DNA of 64,000 nt, taken from the IMG/VR virus record IMGVR_UViG_3300005253_000262, positions 8,475-72,474 of that record, one strand, 5' to 3'. Positions within the stretch are counted from its first letter, which is position 1; every line of letters begins with the position of its first letter. Origin of the DNA: a virus. Below are positions 28,498 through 38,837 of the stretch, piece by piece. The notes below the pieces were generated by a model. It saw nothing but the letters and a program-made list of their open reading frames with translations, made no database searches and was not told the DNA's origin. The position numbers and the translations under genes are program-made.

Positions 28498-30045
28498 CTA
28501 CCAGGTTAGCCCAGCTCGAGGTGTGTCCTTCGACATAGAATGTCCAGGATTCCCCCGAATTGGGATTACGTTGCTTTCAGTCTCCCGACCCCATGTTAGC
28601 GACCCTTTGAGTCCGAAGACAAGTTTGTTGTACCCAAGTGCACATGCTATAATCTGGTCGTCGAATTCCGCATCCGCATCGAATCCATCCAATTCCTCCT
28701 CGAAGTCATCGTTCCAGTCAGCTTCGACCTCAAACACGTCGCCAGCCTCTATTGCTGCTAGGAATGGGCTTGCACGCACCTCCATTGGGCCTGTAGCTTT
28801 CTCGCCCTCGAAGTCGTATGCCTTTAGAAGGTCCTTGTAGTCCTCGATCACTGTCTTGCCAGAAGATCCGGGCTCCTGCTCCATCCATATCTGGACTCCA
28901 TGCCCATCGCCTGTAGCTGTACCATACACCAGCAGCTTAACCTTACCTGAGGACTTCTGGACATGTTTCATGTCGCGGAGATAAATCTTGCCAGTCTCTT
29001 TGTGCCTGGATATCTTGGGGCCCGCAGTGAAGTCCCCGCCGTCCTCTGTTGCTGCTAGATCCCATGCACGGATAGTCTTAAGATCGGCGTTACTGGGTAC
29101 CTCACTCTCGGGAATCTTCTTGAGGTACTCGGAAAGATCCAGTCCAGCCATGGATGCCCGCGGATTCTGCTGGAACATAGCATCCCACCAGTATGTACCC
29201 AGCGTTTTCTTGATCTGCAGCAACCTTTCACGTGAATAACGCTCTGGCCAGAGAGCTTCGCCCTCTGCACGCCCTAGAGGGTCATTAATCTCAGCCAATG
29301 CAGGGAAATTAATCAACCTCCAGTTCTCATGAGCAAGCTCTGTCATACACATCCCGATGAGATCCTTCTGATTCCACCGGGTTGCGATGATAATTAGACT
29401 AGCATCGGGCTCAAGGCGCGTATATGCGGTACTCTTGAACCACTCCCACGTTTTCTTGCGCTTCGTCACTGACAGGCTGTCTTCATCGTTCTTGATGTAG
29501 TCGTCGATGAGCATCAGGTCAGCACCACGGCCTACGAGTGGCCCACCAATGCCAGCCGCAGTAAGACCACCGCCTTGTGGAGTCAGCCACCTATCTACTC
29601 GTTTCTTGTCGGCGCGGATCCTGGTGTGCAGTAGATGGTGTAAGTCCTCGTTCTGGAACGTGTCACGGACCTTGAGTGAGAAGTCAGTTGCGAGCTCAGC
29701 ACCGTACGTGATGGTCATGACGAACTTACTAGGCCACTTCTCAAGGAACCAGATAGGTGTGTTGACGCTTAGGAACTCACTTTTTCCATGCCGAGCAGGA
29801 AATGTGAAGATGAGACGCGCGTTACCTTTAGCTACCTCAGTAGCAACGATCGTGCTGATGTAAAGGAGATGACGCGCAGCTATCCACCGCCCTTGAGTGA
29901 TCTTGACTGCCATTGTTGCGGGAGTGAGACGCCATCCCTCTTTTAGGGCAGTTTGGAGCTTCAGCTGATCACTATGGCTCAGTGCACTCAGATTAAGTGC
30001 CTCATGCTCATGTTCTGACGCGCTTCTGTCAATGTCCAACGTCAT
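28498..30045 (-). CDS. terL: terminase large subunit
   Basis: PARHGKS Walker A, GRGADLMLIDD Walker B, ATRW, FQQNP, RAWDLAA, FDDQ nuclease motifs. Confidence 0.95.
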   Translation of the reverse strand: MTLDIDRSASEHEHEALNLSALSHSDQLKLQTALKEGWRLTPATMAVKITQGRWIAARHLLYISTIVATEVAKGNARLIFTFPARHGKSEFLSVNTPIWFLEKWPSKFVMTITYGAELATDFSLKVRDTFQNEDLHHLLHTRIRADKKRVDRWLTPQGGGLTAAGIGGPLVGRGADLMLIDDYIKNDEDSLSVTKRKKTWEWFKSTAYTRLEPDASLIIIATRWNQKDLIGMCMTELAHENWRLINFPALAEINDPLGRAEGEALWPERYSRERLLQIKKTLGTYWWDAMFQQNPRASMAGLDLSEYLKKIPESEVPSNADLKTIRAWDLAATEDGGDFTAGPKISRHKETGKIYLRDMKHVQKSSGKVKLLVYGTATGDGHGVQIWMEQEPGSSGKTVIEDYKDLLKAYDFEGEKATGPMEVRASPFLAAIEAGDVFEVEADWNDDFEEELDGFDADAEFDDQIIACALGYNKLVFGLKGSLTWGRETESNVIPIRGNPGHSMSKDTPRAGLTW

Positions 30046-30362
30046 GCGTTAGTAACCTCACCATTCTTAATCCACCCATGCCAGCTACAGTCGTCTGGAT
30101 CTACCGGAACGTGTCGAATCGACGGACTCAGGGTCAGAGTCTCGAAATCAGTGCCAGTACGCTCCCAGGCTGGGTTCTCACTCTTCAGAGGCCCTTGACC
30201 GTCCTCAGGATTCGCAAATGGTACATATCGACGATCTCCACAGCCACAAGGACAATCATATCCAAGACCAACACGTTTACGTTCCGATACCGGTTTACCC
30301 CCATGGGTTATGCCCCCACCACCGTGTCTTACCCATTGAGGGTTCAGATCTATAAGCCTCAT
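30042..30362 (-). CDS. DUF6527-like zinc-binding protein
   Basis: CPCGCG...LTLSPSI...C.WHGWIKNG. Confidence 0.65.
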   Translation of the reverse strand: MRLIDLNPQWVRHGGGGITHGGKPVSERKRVGLGYDCPCGCGDRRYVPFANPEDGQGPLKSENPAWERTGTDFETLTLSPSIRHVPVDPDDCSWHGWIKNGEVTNA

Positions 30363-30389
30363 TTCTGGATCCTCAGGACGGCTTCCTTG

Positions 30390-31043
30390 TTAGGGTGAAT
30401 CTGCGGAGATACTGATATTCACTTCCTTGGACGCTTCTTCACCGGCTTGCGTTTCTTCGGTAGAGTCTTCGGCATCTTGTTTCGCTCCTTTAGCTAGATT
30501 GTCCGCAGCGGGGATTGCTCGGAGGTTTGTCATCGCCCAACATTCCCTAAATGCTACCCAGTCTACACGTCCCGATAGTGCGTTCCCCTCGAGGATGACC
30601 TGGAAGCTGCTGAGAGGCACTTTGTGATCGATGTGGTAGCCCTCGTTCAGTGCATCCCGCAGTGACCGCTTCGGACCCTCACGATCCTTGAGATCCTTGC
30701 GGAGGTACTTGACGAGGTGGCGAATCTTGTAGCCGAGGTACTTTTCGAGGTTCTTTACGAATTCGTCAGGAGCAGCTTCACCTAACTGCGTAAGACACCG
30801 TGTACCTGTGTGATGGCGGACTCTGTACGCGACATTCTTCTTACGCGCAGACGTATTGGCTTGGCCTTTGCATTGGTAGCAGATAACCTGATACCCATCA
30901 GCGTTATCGTCATGCGGGCCAAATGCTTTCTTCCATTCGCGGCCGTTCTCGTCTGTGTGAGCCTCTTTTGCCTTCCACTGGCGGCATTTGATGCACTTCT
31001 TGTATATCGCCCTGTCGTAGTTTATAACTATGGGTCCAGCCAT
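30390..31043 (-). CDS. HNH endonuclease
   Basis: CxxC..CxxC zinc ribbon; HIDHKVP...CW..TNL....DN..KG. Confidence 0.8.
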   Translation of the reverse strand: MAGPIVINYDRAIYKKCIKCRQWKAKEAHTDENGREWKKAFGPHDDNADGYQVICYQCKGQANTSARKKNVAYRVRHHTGTRCLTQLGEAAPDEFVKNLEKYLGYKIRHLVKYLRKDLKDREGPKRSLRDALNEGYHIDHKVPLSSFQVILEGNALSGRVDWVAFRECWAMTNLRAIPAADNLAKGAKQDAEDSTEETQAGEEASKEVNISISADSP

Positions 31044-31047
31044 GTTA

Positions 31048-32100
31048 TCACCTCTTCCTGATAATCAGTCTTTGCAGAATCTCAACAGCCACCGGATCCT
31101 CAAGGGCCCTATCAAGGAGTTCGCCTTCTTCATCGACGACGGTGCCTTCGGACGAGGCTCGGTTGGACTGTGCAATAGTGCGGAAGGTGAGTTCCAGTGA
31201 TTCTCCACTTCGATCCTCGCTACCAGCAGCCGCAGGACCAGCAGCTGGGAGCCCTGCTGAGATACGCTCCAGCGAGGTTGTCTGCTTCAGAAGGTCGATT
31301 GCCACTTTCGGCGTCATCAACTCCCAGAACTCCTCGTCACCGTTTATGTACTGCATTATCTTGTGACGTATACGCTTGGCATCGATGTAATGTTCATCCT
31401 GCGTCTCGATTGCGCGGATTTCCTGACGACGCCTATGTTGTGCAACACGAAATAGATCATATGCACGTGCCCGTAGTCCCCAGTAGTATACATGGTAGGC
31501 ACGTTTATAGTGTTCGATGATGGAGAGTAACTCAATATCGTTCGCAGCTGGGTGAAGCATAGCCACGAGAGAGGAGATACTACGTGTACCGGCAGCAGCC
31601 TTGCCAGGGTCTCCCTCGTCTTCTGGATCCTCAGGATCCCCCGAGACGCCAGCACGTCCGCACGCCATCTGAAGGTACGTCTCAAATGCACGGAAGATAT
31701 CACTGGGTTCACTGTCCAGCTGATACCAGAAAGCTTGGCCATTCTCGAATGCGGGGAACCCCTCATCATACTGCAGTGGTACGAACGCATTAGGGAGACT
31801 CGCAGCGAGGAAGCCCGCAACTCGGTATTCCACAGGAAGCGAAGGGTCGCCCCGAGCCTCATCCTCGGGGGAGAGAGATGACGGAGATTCACTTGGCTCG
31901 GGGGACCCCACTTCGCTTGGGCGTGGTAGTGCGTGTCCGTTGGTGTGTGTAGGCTTGTAATTGTGGAAAGGCAACAGGTCGACGCGGTAGATACCGGTGG
32001 GGAGACCGAAATCGTTCAACGGCAGCTCTCCGGCTAGCGCTTTGATCGCCTGAACCTGGAGGACCTCCGCCTCCGCACCTACATTTACTTCGATGTCCAT
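31048..32100 (-). CDS. putative terminase small subunit
   Basis: First late gene upstream of TerL; E....FRAF..Y...W..RA.AYD motif; ATG 6 nt after TATAAT. Confidence 0.6.
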   Translation of the reverse strand: MDIEVNVGAEAEVLQVQAIKALAGELPLNDFGLPTGIYRVDLLPFHNYKPTHTNGHALPRPSEVGSPEPSESPSSLSPEDEARGDPSLPVEYRVAGFLAASLPNAFVPLQYDEGFPAFENGQAFWYQLDSEPSDIFRAFETYLQMACGRAGVSGDPEDPEDEGDPGKAAAGTRSISSLVAMLHPAANDIELLSIIEHYKRAYHVYYWGLRARAYDLFRVAQHRRRQEIRAIETQDEHYIDAKRIRHKIMQYINGDEEFWELMTPKVAIDLLKQTTSLERISAGLPAAGPAAAGSEDRSGESLELTFRTIAQSNRASSEGTVVDEEGELLDRALEDPVAVEILQRLIIRKR

Positions 32101-32106
32101 ACATCT

Positions 32107-32136
32107 ATTATATAACACTATTTGTCGGCATGTCAA
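32107..32136 (-). promoter_or_regulatory. consensus sigma70 promoter, probably leaderless transcript
   Basis: TTGACA-N18-TATAAT-N6-ATG, no SD. Confidence 0.75.
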
Positions 32137-32159
32137 GTATTAGGCAACTACACCCTGTG

Positions 32160-32244
32160 CCTCAAGGTTCTAGGCTACGGATAAAAATATTTTTAAGGAC
32201 ATACCTGGGCCTCAAGGTTCTAGTCCGGAATAAAGAATATTTTT
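32160..32244 (+). repeat. imperfect direct repeat pair CCTCAAGGTTCTAG...ATATTTTT
   Basis: Copies start at 32160 and 32210. Confidence 0.7.
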
Positions 32245-32312
32245 GAGTTCCTGATGTCACATAACTACATGATTTCATTACGTAAACTAAAATTATGAGT
32301 GAGTGTGAAACG

Positions 32313-32371
32313 TTGACATTCATTTCATAATGAACGATGATTATGAATGTTAAGTAATAGTACTTAACATT
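32313..32371 (+). promoter_or_regulatory. promoter with overlapping inverted repeats (operator-like)
   Basis: TTGACA at 32313; TTGACATTCAT/ATGAATGTTAA and perfect AATGTTAAGTA/TACTTAACATT (32346-32371). Confidence 0.55.
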
Positions 32372-32387
32372 TAATGAGGTTTAGACT

Positions 32388-32585
32388 ATGTCTCAAACTA
32401 AAAAACTTACCAAGTCTCAGAAGTTCAACGTAGACTCATTCTCAACGAAGTCAGCAAAGATTCGTTACCTAACTAATCTTGATTGGACTCGATCTGAGAT
32501 TTCGAAATATCTGAACATTCTTTACCAACACGTTCGGAATGTTCAGATCACACCAGTGAAGAATCCGACTGAACAAAAGAAGTAA
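32388..32585 (+). CDS. small HTH-like DNA-binding protein (paralog 1)
   Basis: KSAKIRYL...RSEISKYLNILYQHVRNV; GAGG RBS; own terminator. Confidence 0.8.
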   Translation: MSQTKKLTKSQKFNVDSFSTKSAKIRYLTNLDWTRSEISKYLNILYQHVRNVQITPVKNPTEQKK

Positions 32586-32594
32586 AGTAAGACT

Positions 32595-32628
32595 GAGACT
32601 CACTCTAAGTTAGAGTGAGTCTCTTTTT
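32595..32628 (+). terminator. intrinsic terminator
   Basis: GAGACTCACTCTA/TAGAGTGAGTCTC + TTTTT. Confidence 0.9.
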
Positions 32629-32740
32629 GTGTTTATGATTCGAGTAGTCCTAGGGGCGGACCGGTCGACTACTACAACCCTCCCAAGTGTCAAATTTGAA
32701 ACCTACTAGTCTCTCCACATAGGACATGTCGAGTGTGAGT

Positions 32741-32764
32741 GTGGAGGTGGAGGTGGAGGTGGAG
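32741..32764 (+). repeat. (GTGGAG)x4
   Basis: Direct reading, within a strongly G/T-skewed non-coding tract. Confidence 0.85.
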
Positions 32765-33392
32765 TGAGATGTGACATGTAGGGTGGAGTGAGGTGATGAC
32801 TAGTTAGGTGATGTGAAGTTAACTAGGCCTATGGTCGACCCGTCTACTGCTACTAACACCCCAAGTGTCAAATTCAACCGCCCGGACTAGTAGGTCCACA
32901 CGTAACTATCGACCACCCGCGCTAGCGGTAGACCCCCTCCCGGCCCTGTCTACTAGTACGCCTGAGGAAAAGTTTTGGACATTTAGGCACTGGGCACCGT
33001 CAAAAACGTACAGGTCCATGAACATCGAACGTGGATCGAGACTTAGCATAGCAGTCCTCAAATAGGAAACTAATTAAACTAATTGATACCAGTTCCAGGT
33101 CTTCTCGTTACAAATCAACGAGTTAAGTAGTTTATTAAATTAATTAGTTTTTGCTTATTCTACATATACTACTGTTTAATATGTATATATTATTCCTACT
33201 ACTTATACGGTCATTATTCCTTTATATACATTTCTATCTTGACTCTTCTAAACAAAAGAAATCGTAATTAAGTTAATAAGGCCAACTAATCGTCGTGTCC
33301 GGTCGCCGTCCTGAGGGGTCTGATCAAGAAACATGTCTCTACGGCGGGTCCTACGAGTTGACTCAAAACCCATCGATTAAATGCATAGGCGT

Positions 33393-33446
33393 AATTAATA
33401 TAAAATGACTCTTGATACTAATCCCTCTGGTTCTATATAATATATA
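33393..33446 (+). promoter_or_regulatory. early promoter, copy 1
   Basis: AT-rich UP element, TTGATA-N18-TATAAT; 26 bp identical to 33862-33887. Confidence 0.85.
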
Positions 33447-33794
33447 CTATGAAAGAATATCTTTAACCAGCCAACAGGAGAACGATCATCAACAGGTTAC
33501 ATAATCGCACAGCAGACATGCAAGCCTCGTCAATACGGGTAACACCGGAAGCACGGGCAGCTTTGGATAGGCTACCAGCATACGTAATGGTAAGCCGTTT
33601 CCTTCAACACTTCGACCTCATCCCATGCGACCTTGGAAACGTCGCAATCATGGTCTCCGAGTCTACGCGTCCTCAGAATAGGATGCACACTCGCTCGATC
33701 CGCATTATCAACCTAGTCAACGCGTACATCGAACAGCTCGAAGTTGTCGAAGCGTACGACATCGCTAACCTATAGCTAGGTACACAGTCGAATG

Positions 33795-33826
33795 AAAGCC
33801 CATTCTTCGGATCGGGCTTTTATTTT
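33795..33826 (+). terminator. intrinsic terminator
   Basis: AAAGCCC...GGGCTTT + TATTTT. Confidence 0.8.
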
Positions 33827-33861
33827 GCGTGTCGTCGGGTCCCTATGGAGGGCCCTGTCAC

Positions 33862-33915
33862 AATTAATATAAAATGACTCTTGATACCGGCCCCCTAGGT
33901 TCTATATAATATATA
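33862..33915 (+). promoter_or_regulatory. early promoter, copy 2
   Basis: TTGATA-N18-TATAAT, duplicate of 33393 element. Confidence 0.85.
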
Positions 33916-36900
33916 TTATGAACAAATATTATATATATATACCAAGCGGTACAACTAGGAGAACTGTAATGAGCAGTAATGATAAATGTTGGAAACGTCG
34001 ACCGCACGATTGGAACGAACATGATGAGACCAGGACACATCTGATCAAGAAGTGTTCGGTCTGTAAAGGTCTGCGATGGGTCGCACGTCGAACCATCGTG
34101 GTCACGTTAACAGCTCGACAAAGCAACTAGGAGAACAGATATGAAGTTTGACGATGAAACAGGTACGCTAACGATCAACGAGTTTGAACTACACGACATG
34201 GTCGCAGACATGAACGTGAACATTAACCCAGGCCGAAAGGACGCCGAAGCGACCGGATCGCTACTTGAACGTATCAAGATCATTCCTAAGGAACCAAACG
34301 ACTTTACGCCCGGCTTGGTAAACAAGTACGAGGTCCTATTGAACAATCTGATCCTTATGACCATGATGATCGATAGTGACATTCATGACGACGCGGAATA
34401 TACCTGTAGCTAACTAGCGGGTCAACTAGGAGAATATGATGAATGAACCAACAGTCTACCTGCAGGGACCTGACGGGGAAGAGTTTACATTGAAAGTTAC
34501 ATCGCCGGATCCTGACGATGGAACATTCTGTGCGCATCTTCCAAAGAGCGAGGTCGCACTGGCCGAGGAATGGTGGATCAGGATCGTACCAAACGAGAGC
34601 GGGCGCTAGCGCGGGCCCATCGGTAGAATAGGAGAACAGATATGACAACGCAACGTACATTTTATTGCCCATGCTGTGGTCAACCAGCAGACGCTATCCA
34701 GGTAGACGTACAACATGGCGACGTAGGAGATGAAGACGTGACATGGAAACGTGTTCATCTGGAATGTTTAGGTAAATGTCCAGTTCTTTGGTCATGTGTC
34801 GACATTCCTAACGAATGTTTGAACGACAAGACCCCAACAATTCCACTAGATGTAAGAGTCGACACGGTAGATAACCGGGATAGTCGTACAACATGGCTCT
34901 GGGTCAACGGCGACAAGGACTACGTTGAGATCGATCCCGTCGACCTGATCGAGAACATGATCGAAAACTGTGTCCACGTCATAACGGACACGGGGCTTTG
35001 TCATACCGAGAACCAGGTGACCGCAGACGAGTTACAGACCGCTTTATCAATCCTACAGCGCGTCTAGTCGCTGTGGGCGACCCGAGGAGGAGTCAACATG
35101 GCATATTATAATGTAGTCGTAACGATCGTGGCCGACGATGAAGAAGAGGCTGAAGGAGTAGTCGAACGAGGCATCGATAAACAAGGCTATGCGGTCTTGG
35201 ATATAGTGGCAAGTCGTATTAAGGACGATGACTTGATTAAAGAACTGGACGCCCAGGATGTAGCGTTCTAACCGGGAGGAACAACTATGAAATACGTACA
35301 TATAGACAGTAATGGGTCAATGAAGATTCGTGACCACCAACTACCAGACTGGAAATACGGATGGGTCTATAAGGTACCAGACGACTTCCAGTTCGAACTA
35401 GGCTCGGCCAATGCAGAGAACCGTTTGTACTTTTGCGAACTACTCGAGAATGATCCTCGGGCGGAGCTAATATTCGACGGCGAGGTAGAAAGAACAACCA
35501 CGAACTACAGTGATATAAAAGGACCCAACACGTTGGCCGAGTTCTTAATGAAGGACTTGAGTACCGAAACGTTGTTCAAGATCTACCAGGACAAGAACAA
35601 AAACGACTTGGGCGAGTTGGACGCTATGACTAATGACCCAGCGGAGCTGTTAAGAGAACACATCAGCTACCTGTTCTATACGGCCAGTTACAATCTGGTC
35701 ATGAACATCCACTACAAATTAGGGCTCTTGGACGAGGAGACTGTTGAACAGATCATCAACGAGTAGGAGGAACAACCATGAATAAGACTATCACAGAGAT
35801 ATACAACGAGTTAAGTACTGACGAGGAGGTCGGAGACAGGGTGAATAATCTCGTAAGTGAGATCGTTACTCGAATCGTCAGCGTTCCTGAGATTCGTCAA
35901 GCGGTCCTGTTGGCGGCCCTGAGAGTCGACGCGTATATCAAAGAGGACAATCCAGACACAATAGGCGACGTCCCGTTCTATATGGTCTGGAACCATATCA
36001 TGTCCGAGAAGGACACATTGGATTAGGAGGAGGAACGAACATGAGTAACGATCAACCATACTTCAATCTAGTGATCTGTACCATCGATGGCACTGTTGAA
36101 ATTACAATCGAACCGATCGCCTTACATGACGAGGACGGAGGAGACTCGTACATGATAAGAGTGACCAATGAGGAACAGACAATCGTTCAAGAAATGGTCG
36201 TCAATGCGGACAAGATTAATTTCGGTTAACCGGGAGGAGTAGTAATGGATTTTGATAAGTACTATGACGAAGACGCGACAGATTGCGATGTTATACGTGA
36301 AGTGTACAAAGGTCTTCGACCTGAAGTCAAGGATCGTGCCCATAGGGATATTCGACATGCACTCTATCGAGAGGTCATGTCGAAACGGGCACAAATGGCC
36401 CAGCTACTAGGCTGGTACGGACAGACAATGTAAGAGGAACAATCATGACAATTAGAAGATGCATAGTCCTTGACTGGACTACAGATGAACAGATTGAAGC
36501 GATAGGTAGACTCTTAGACAAGGAATGTAAAAAGATCTATCCACTCTTCAGTGCCGACCAAGACAAAGGGTTCGACAATCCCGAACATGTACCTGACAAG
36601 GAGTTAGAACTCTTAGGTAATGGTCTTACGAATTTATGTTGTGACCTGGGAGTCGACGGATACGAGATGTCATAAGAACATGGACAACAGAATTACAACT
36701 GGGCGCTACAACTATGCACATGAACGGTGCTAAAGGCGGCCCCGGAATGCTACAAACCGCGCAAGTGTCAAAAATGAAACACTACAACCCTACCAAGTGT
36801 CAAAAAAGGAGAACGATCATGAACGAAGAGGAATTTGCAAAGTATCTACATGGTCTTATCGAGCAGTACATCGAGGACCTTTGTCTACTTGATGGAGAGA

Positions 36901-37404
36901 CGGTCGTACTCTGCGTAAGGGGCGAAGAGACTATGCTAGATGGTCTCGATAGTGGGTGGTACTCTGCTCCTAAGTAGTGAGCGTGCAAACATGAACATTC
37001 CAGACAACTTAATGGAACGTATGGTACAGATGTACCGAATGTCTGTTTGGGACCACTGTGGACGTATGTACATGCCTATCTATGATTACGATGGACAGAT
37101 CTGTGCATACGCTCGGGCCGAAGAGGCGCTAGAGATCTGGTGTGATGATCTGGCGCTTCGGACGGCCCTAGAACACTAAGGATCGCGCAAGTGTCAAAAT
37201 TCATAAACGAACGAGTGCCCTTCAGAATATTTCATATGGAGTGTTGTGGTCACATGCTCTGTTGGGTCAACCCAAGATTCCCTACACACTGTCCAGAATG
37301 TGGTCAAACAGTATACCCCACGATCAAGTCCTGGGTAACATTATCCGATCCTAATGCTCACCTACGATTCAAAAACGGACCCTAAAGTGACTACGAAATG
37401 ACAC

Positions 37405-37434
37405 TTGCTATGACACTAGATGGTTCGCTATAAT
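37405..37434 (+). promoter_or_regulatory. sigma70-type promoter
   Basis: TTGCTA-N18-TATAAT with shared AAATGAC.CTTG upstream. Confidence 0.7.
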
Positions 37435-38008
37435 ATATCATACTGAATAGATATCTACAAGAGGACAAAGCATGAGACTATCGGATAAGGAAATCTTCGC
37501 ACTAGGCAACTGCTATACAGCATTTGGATATGGCGACATAGATGGAGCAGTGCATTGTATTCTGCCTAGTGTCGATTCTGACACCGACGTATGGTCAAAT
37601 GGCGTATTTCAATTGCTCGCGGACAGATTTCTCAATCTATCTGACGACCTAAGCGTGGATAATTCAGATATACAAGACATTGCCGAAACGTACAGATTAG
37701 TAATCGAGCAGTGGCTTAAGGAGATGGACATTGATCTTGGACTAAACGAATTGGAGTACTAAACGAAGAGGACAAAGCATGAAAACGATCAGCAAAGCAC
37801 TAATGACGATGACACGCCAGACGAAAGGCGCTGTCGTATACGACAATGTCAAACCGAACAACGGTGGTCAAGCAATTACCACCTTGTACCTTCGAAAGGA
37901 TGGGCTCACAGAGCCGTATCCTGGCAGTATCGAAGTCACAGTCGCTGTGGACGACCCCGACGAGGGCTAGAAGCAGCATAATCCATGGGCCTATAAGGAG
38001 GCACAATC

Positions 38009-38278
38009 ATGGGCAAGCAAGCAACAGCGCAGAAGCAAGACCCTGCGGCAACGCAGAGCACGAAAGAGTCAACCGACAAGACTGTCGAGTTGTCAAAGGC
38101 ACAGCAAGCGGCAGTCGCGAAGCTGGATACGGTCAGCGCCAGGATCCGATATCTGGACGCGGAAGGCTACAGCCGTTCGGACATCACGAAAGCGATCCCG
38201 AACGCCAAGGGCAACAAGCTCTTGTATCAGCACGTCCGTAACGTGTTGATAACCCCAGTCGGCAAAGCGTCAAGCTGA
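38009..38278 (+). CDS. small HTH-like DNA-binding protein (paralog 2)
   Basis: SARIRYL...SRSDI...LYQHVRNVLITPV; AAGGAGG RBS. Confidence 0.8.
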   Translation: MGKQATAQKQDPAATQSTKESTDKTVELSKAQQAAVAKLDTVSARIRYLDAEGYSRSDITKAIPNAKGNKLLYQHVRNVLITPVGKASS

Positions 38279-38288
38279 GCCAACGGTT

Positions 38289-38332
38289 GGAACCCATTCG
38301 GACTCGGGTGAGGCGGGTGGGTTCCTTCTTTT
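38289..38332 (+). terminator. intrinsic terminator
   Basis: GGAACCCATTCG/CGGGTGGGTTCC + TTCTTTT. Confidence 0.7.
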
Positions 38333-38352
38333 AACCAGTAACGGAGAAGAAC

Positions 38353-38601
38353 ATGCAAATCAAACGTACCTTTGCGGTCGTACCATTATCAAAGGCGAGT
38401 GGGCACGGCGTGGTCCGCGACGTCGAGCTATTTGGTACAGAGGAGCGTGCCATAGCACATGCCAGACGCTCTCTGGGCCTTGACACAACGCGCACTGGAT
38501 TTGTCGTCTACCAAGCGACAACACTCGTTCAGTGGGCGACACAGCCAATCGACGTGTGCACGATTGGCGACGACGGGGAGATACTACCATGCGGCGACTG
38601 A
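38353..38601 (+). CDS. hypothetical protein, tandem paralog A
   Basis: TEE.A...AR, V.Y.A..LV, DGE..P shared with next gene. Confidence 0.7.
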   Translation: MQIKRTFAVVPLSKASGHGVVRDVELFGTEERAIAHARRSLGLDTTRTGFVVYQATTLVQWATQPIDVCTIGDDGEILPCGD

Positions 38602-38837
38602 GACTGATGTACAAGATCCACGGCCTTAATACGGCTCGGGGCATGGCCCGTAGCGCGGGCAACGACACCTTCTACGAAACAGAAGAGCAGGCGCTAACGG
38701 CGGCCCGGAGCTATGTATCACTACCGAGTTGCCATGATGCAATGGTCATCTACAAAGCACATGTACTTGTGCGGCGTTCCCACCCACCAGTCGAGGTCCT
38801 TTCGATCTCACACGACGGAGAGACTATCCCGTTGTGA
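38589..38837 (+). CDS. hypothetical protein, tandem paralog B
   Basis: GGGGAG RBS; same motifs as paralog A. Confidence 0.7.
   Translation: MRRLRLMYKIHGLNTARGMARSAGNDTFYETEEQALTAARSYVSLPSCHDAMVIYKAHVLVRRSHPPVEVLSISHDGETIPL

Noticed and set aside
32160-32244. preQ1-I riboswitch look-alike (AGGTTCTAG...A-rich)
   Set aside because: No 3' strand for the P1 stem, and far from the que genes
32684-37198. Antisense promoters from TTGACA in the CAAGTGTCAAA boxes
   Set aside because: No -10-like hexamer seen at 16-19 nt downstream on the minus strand
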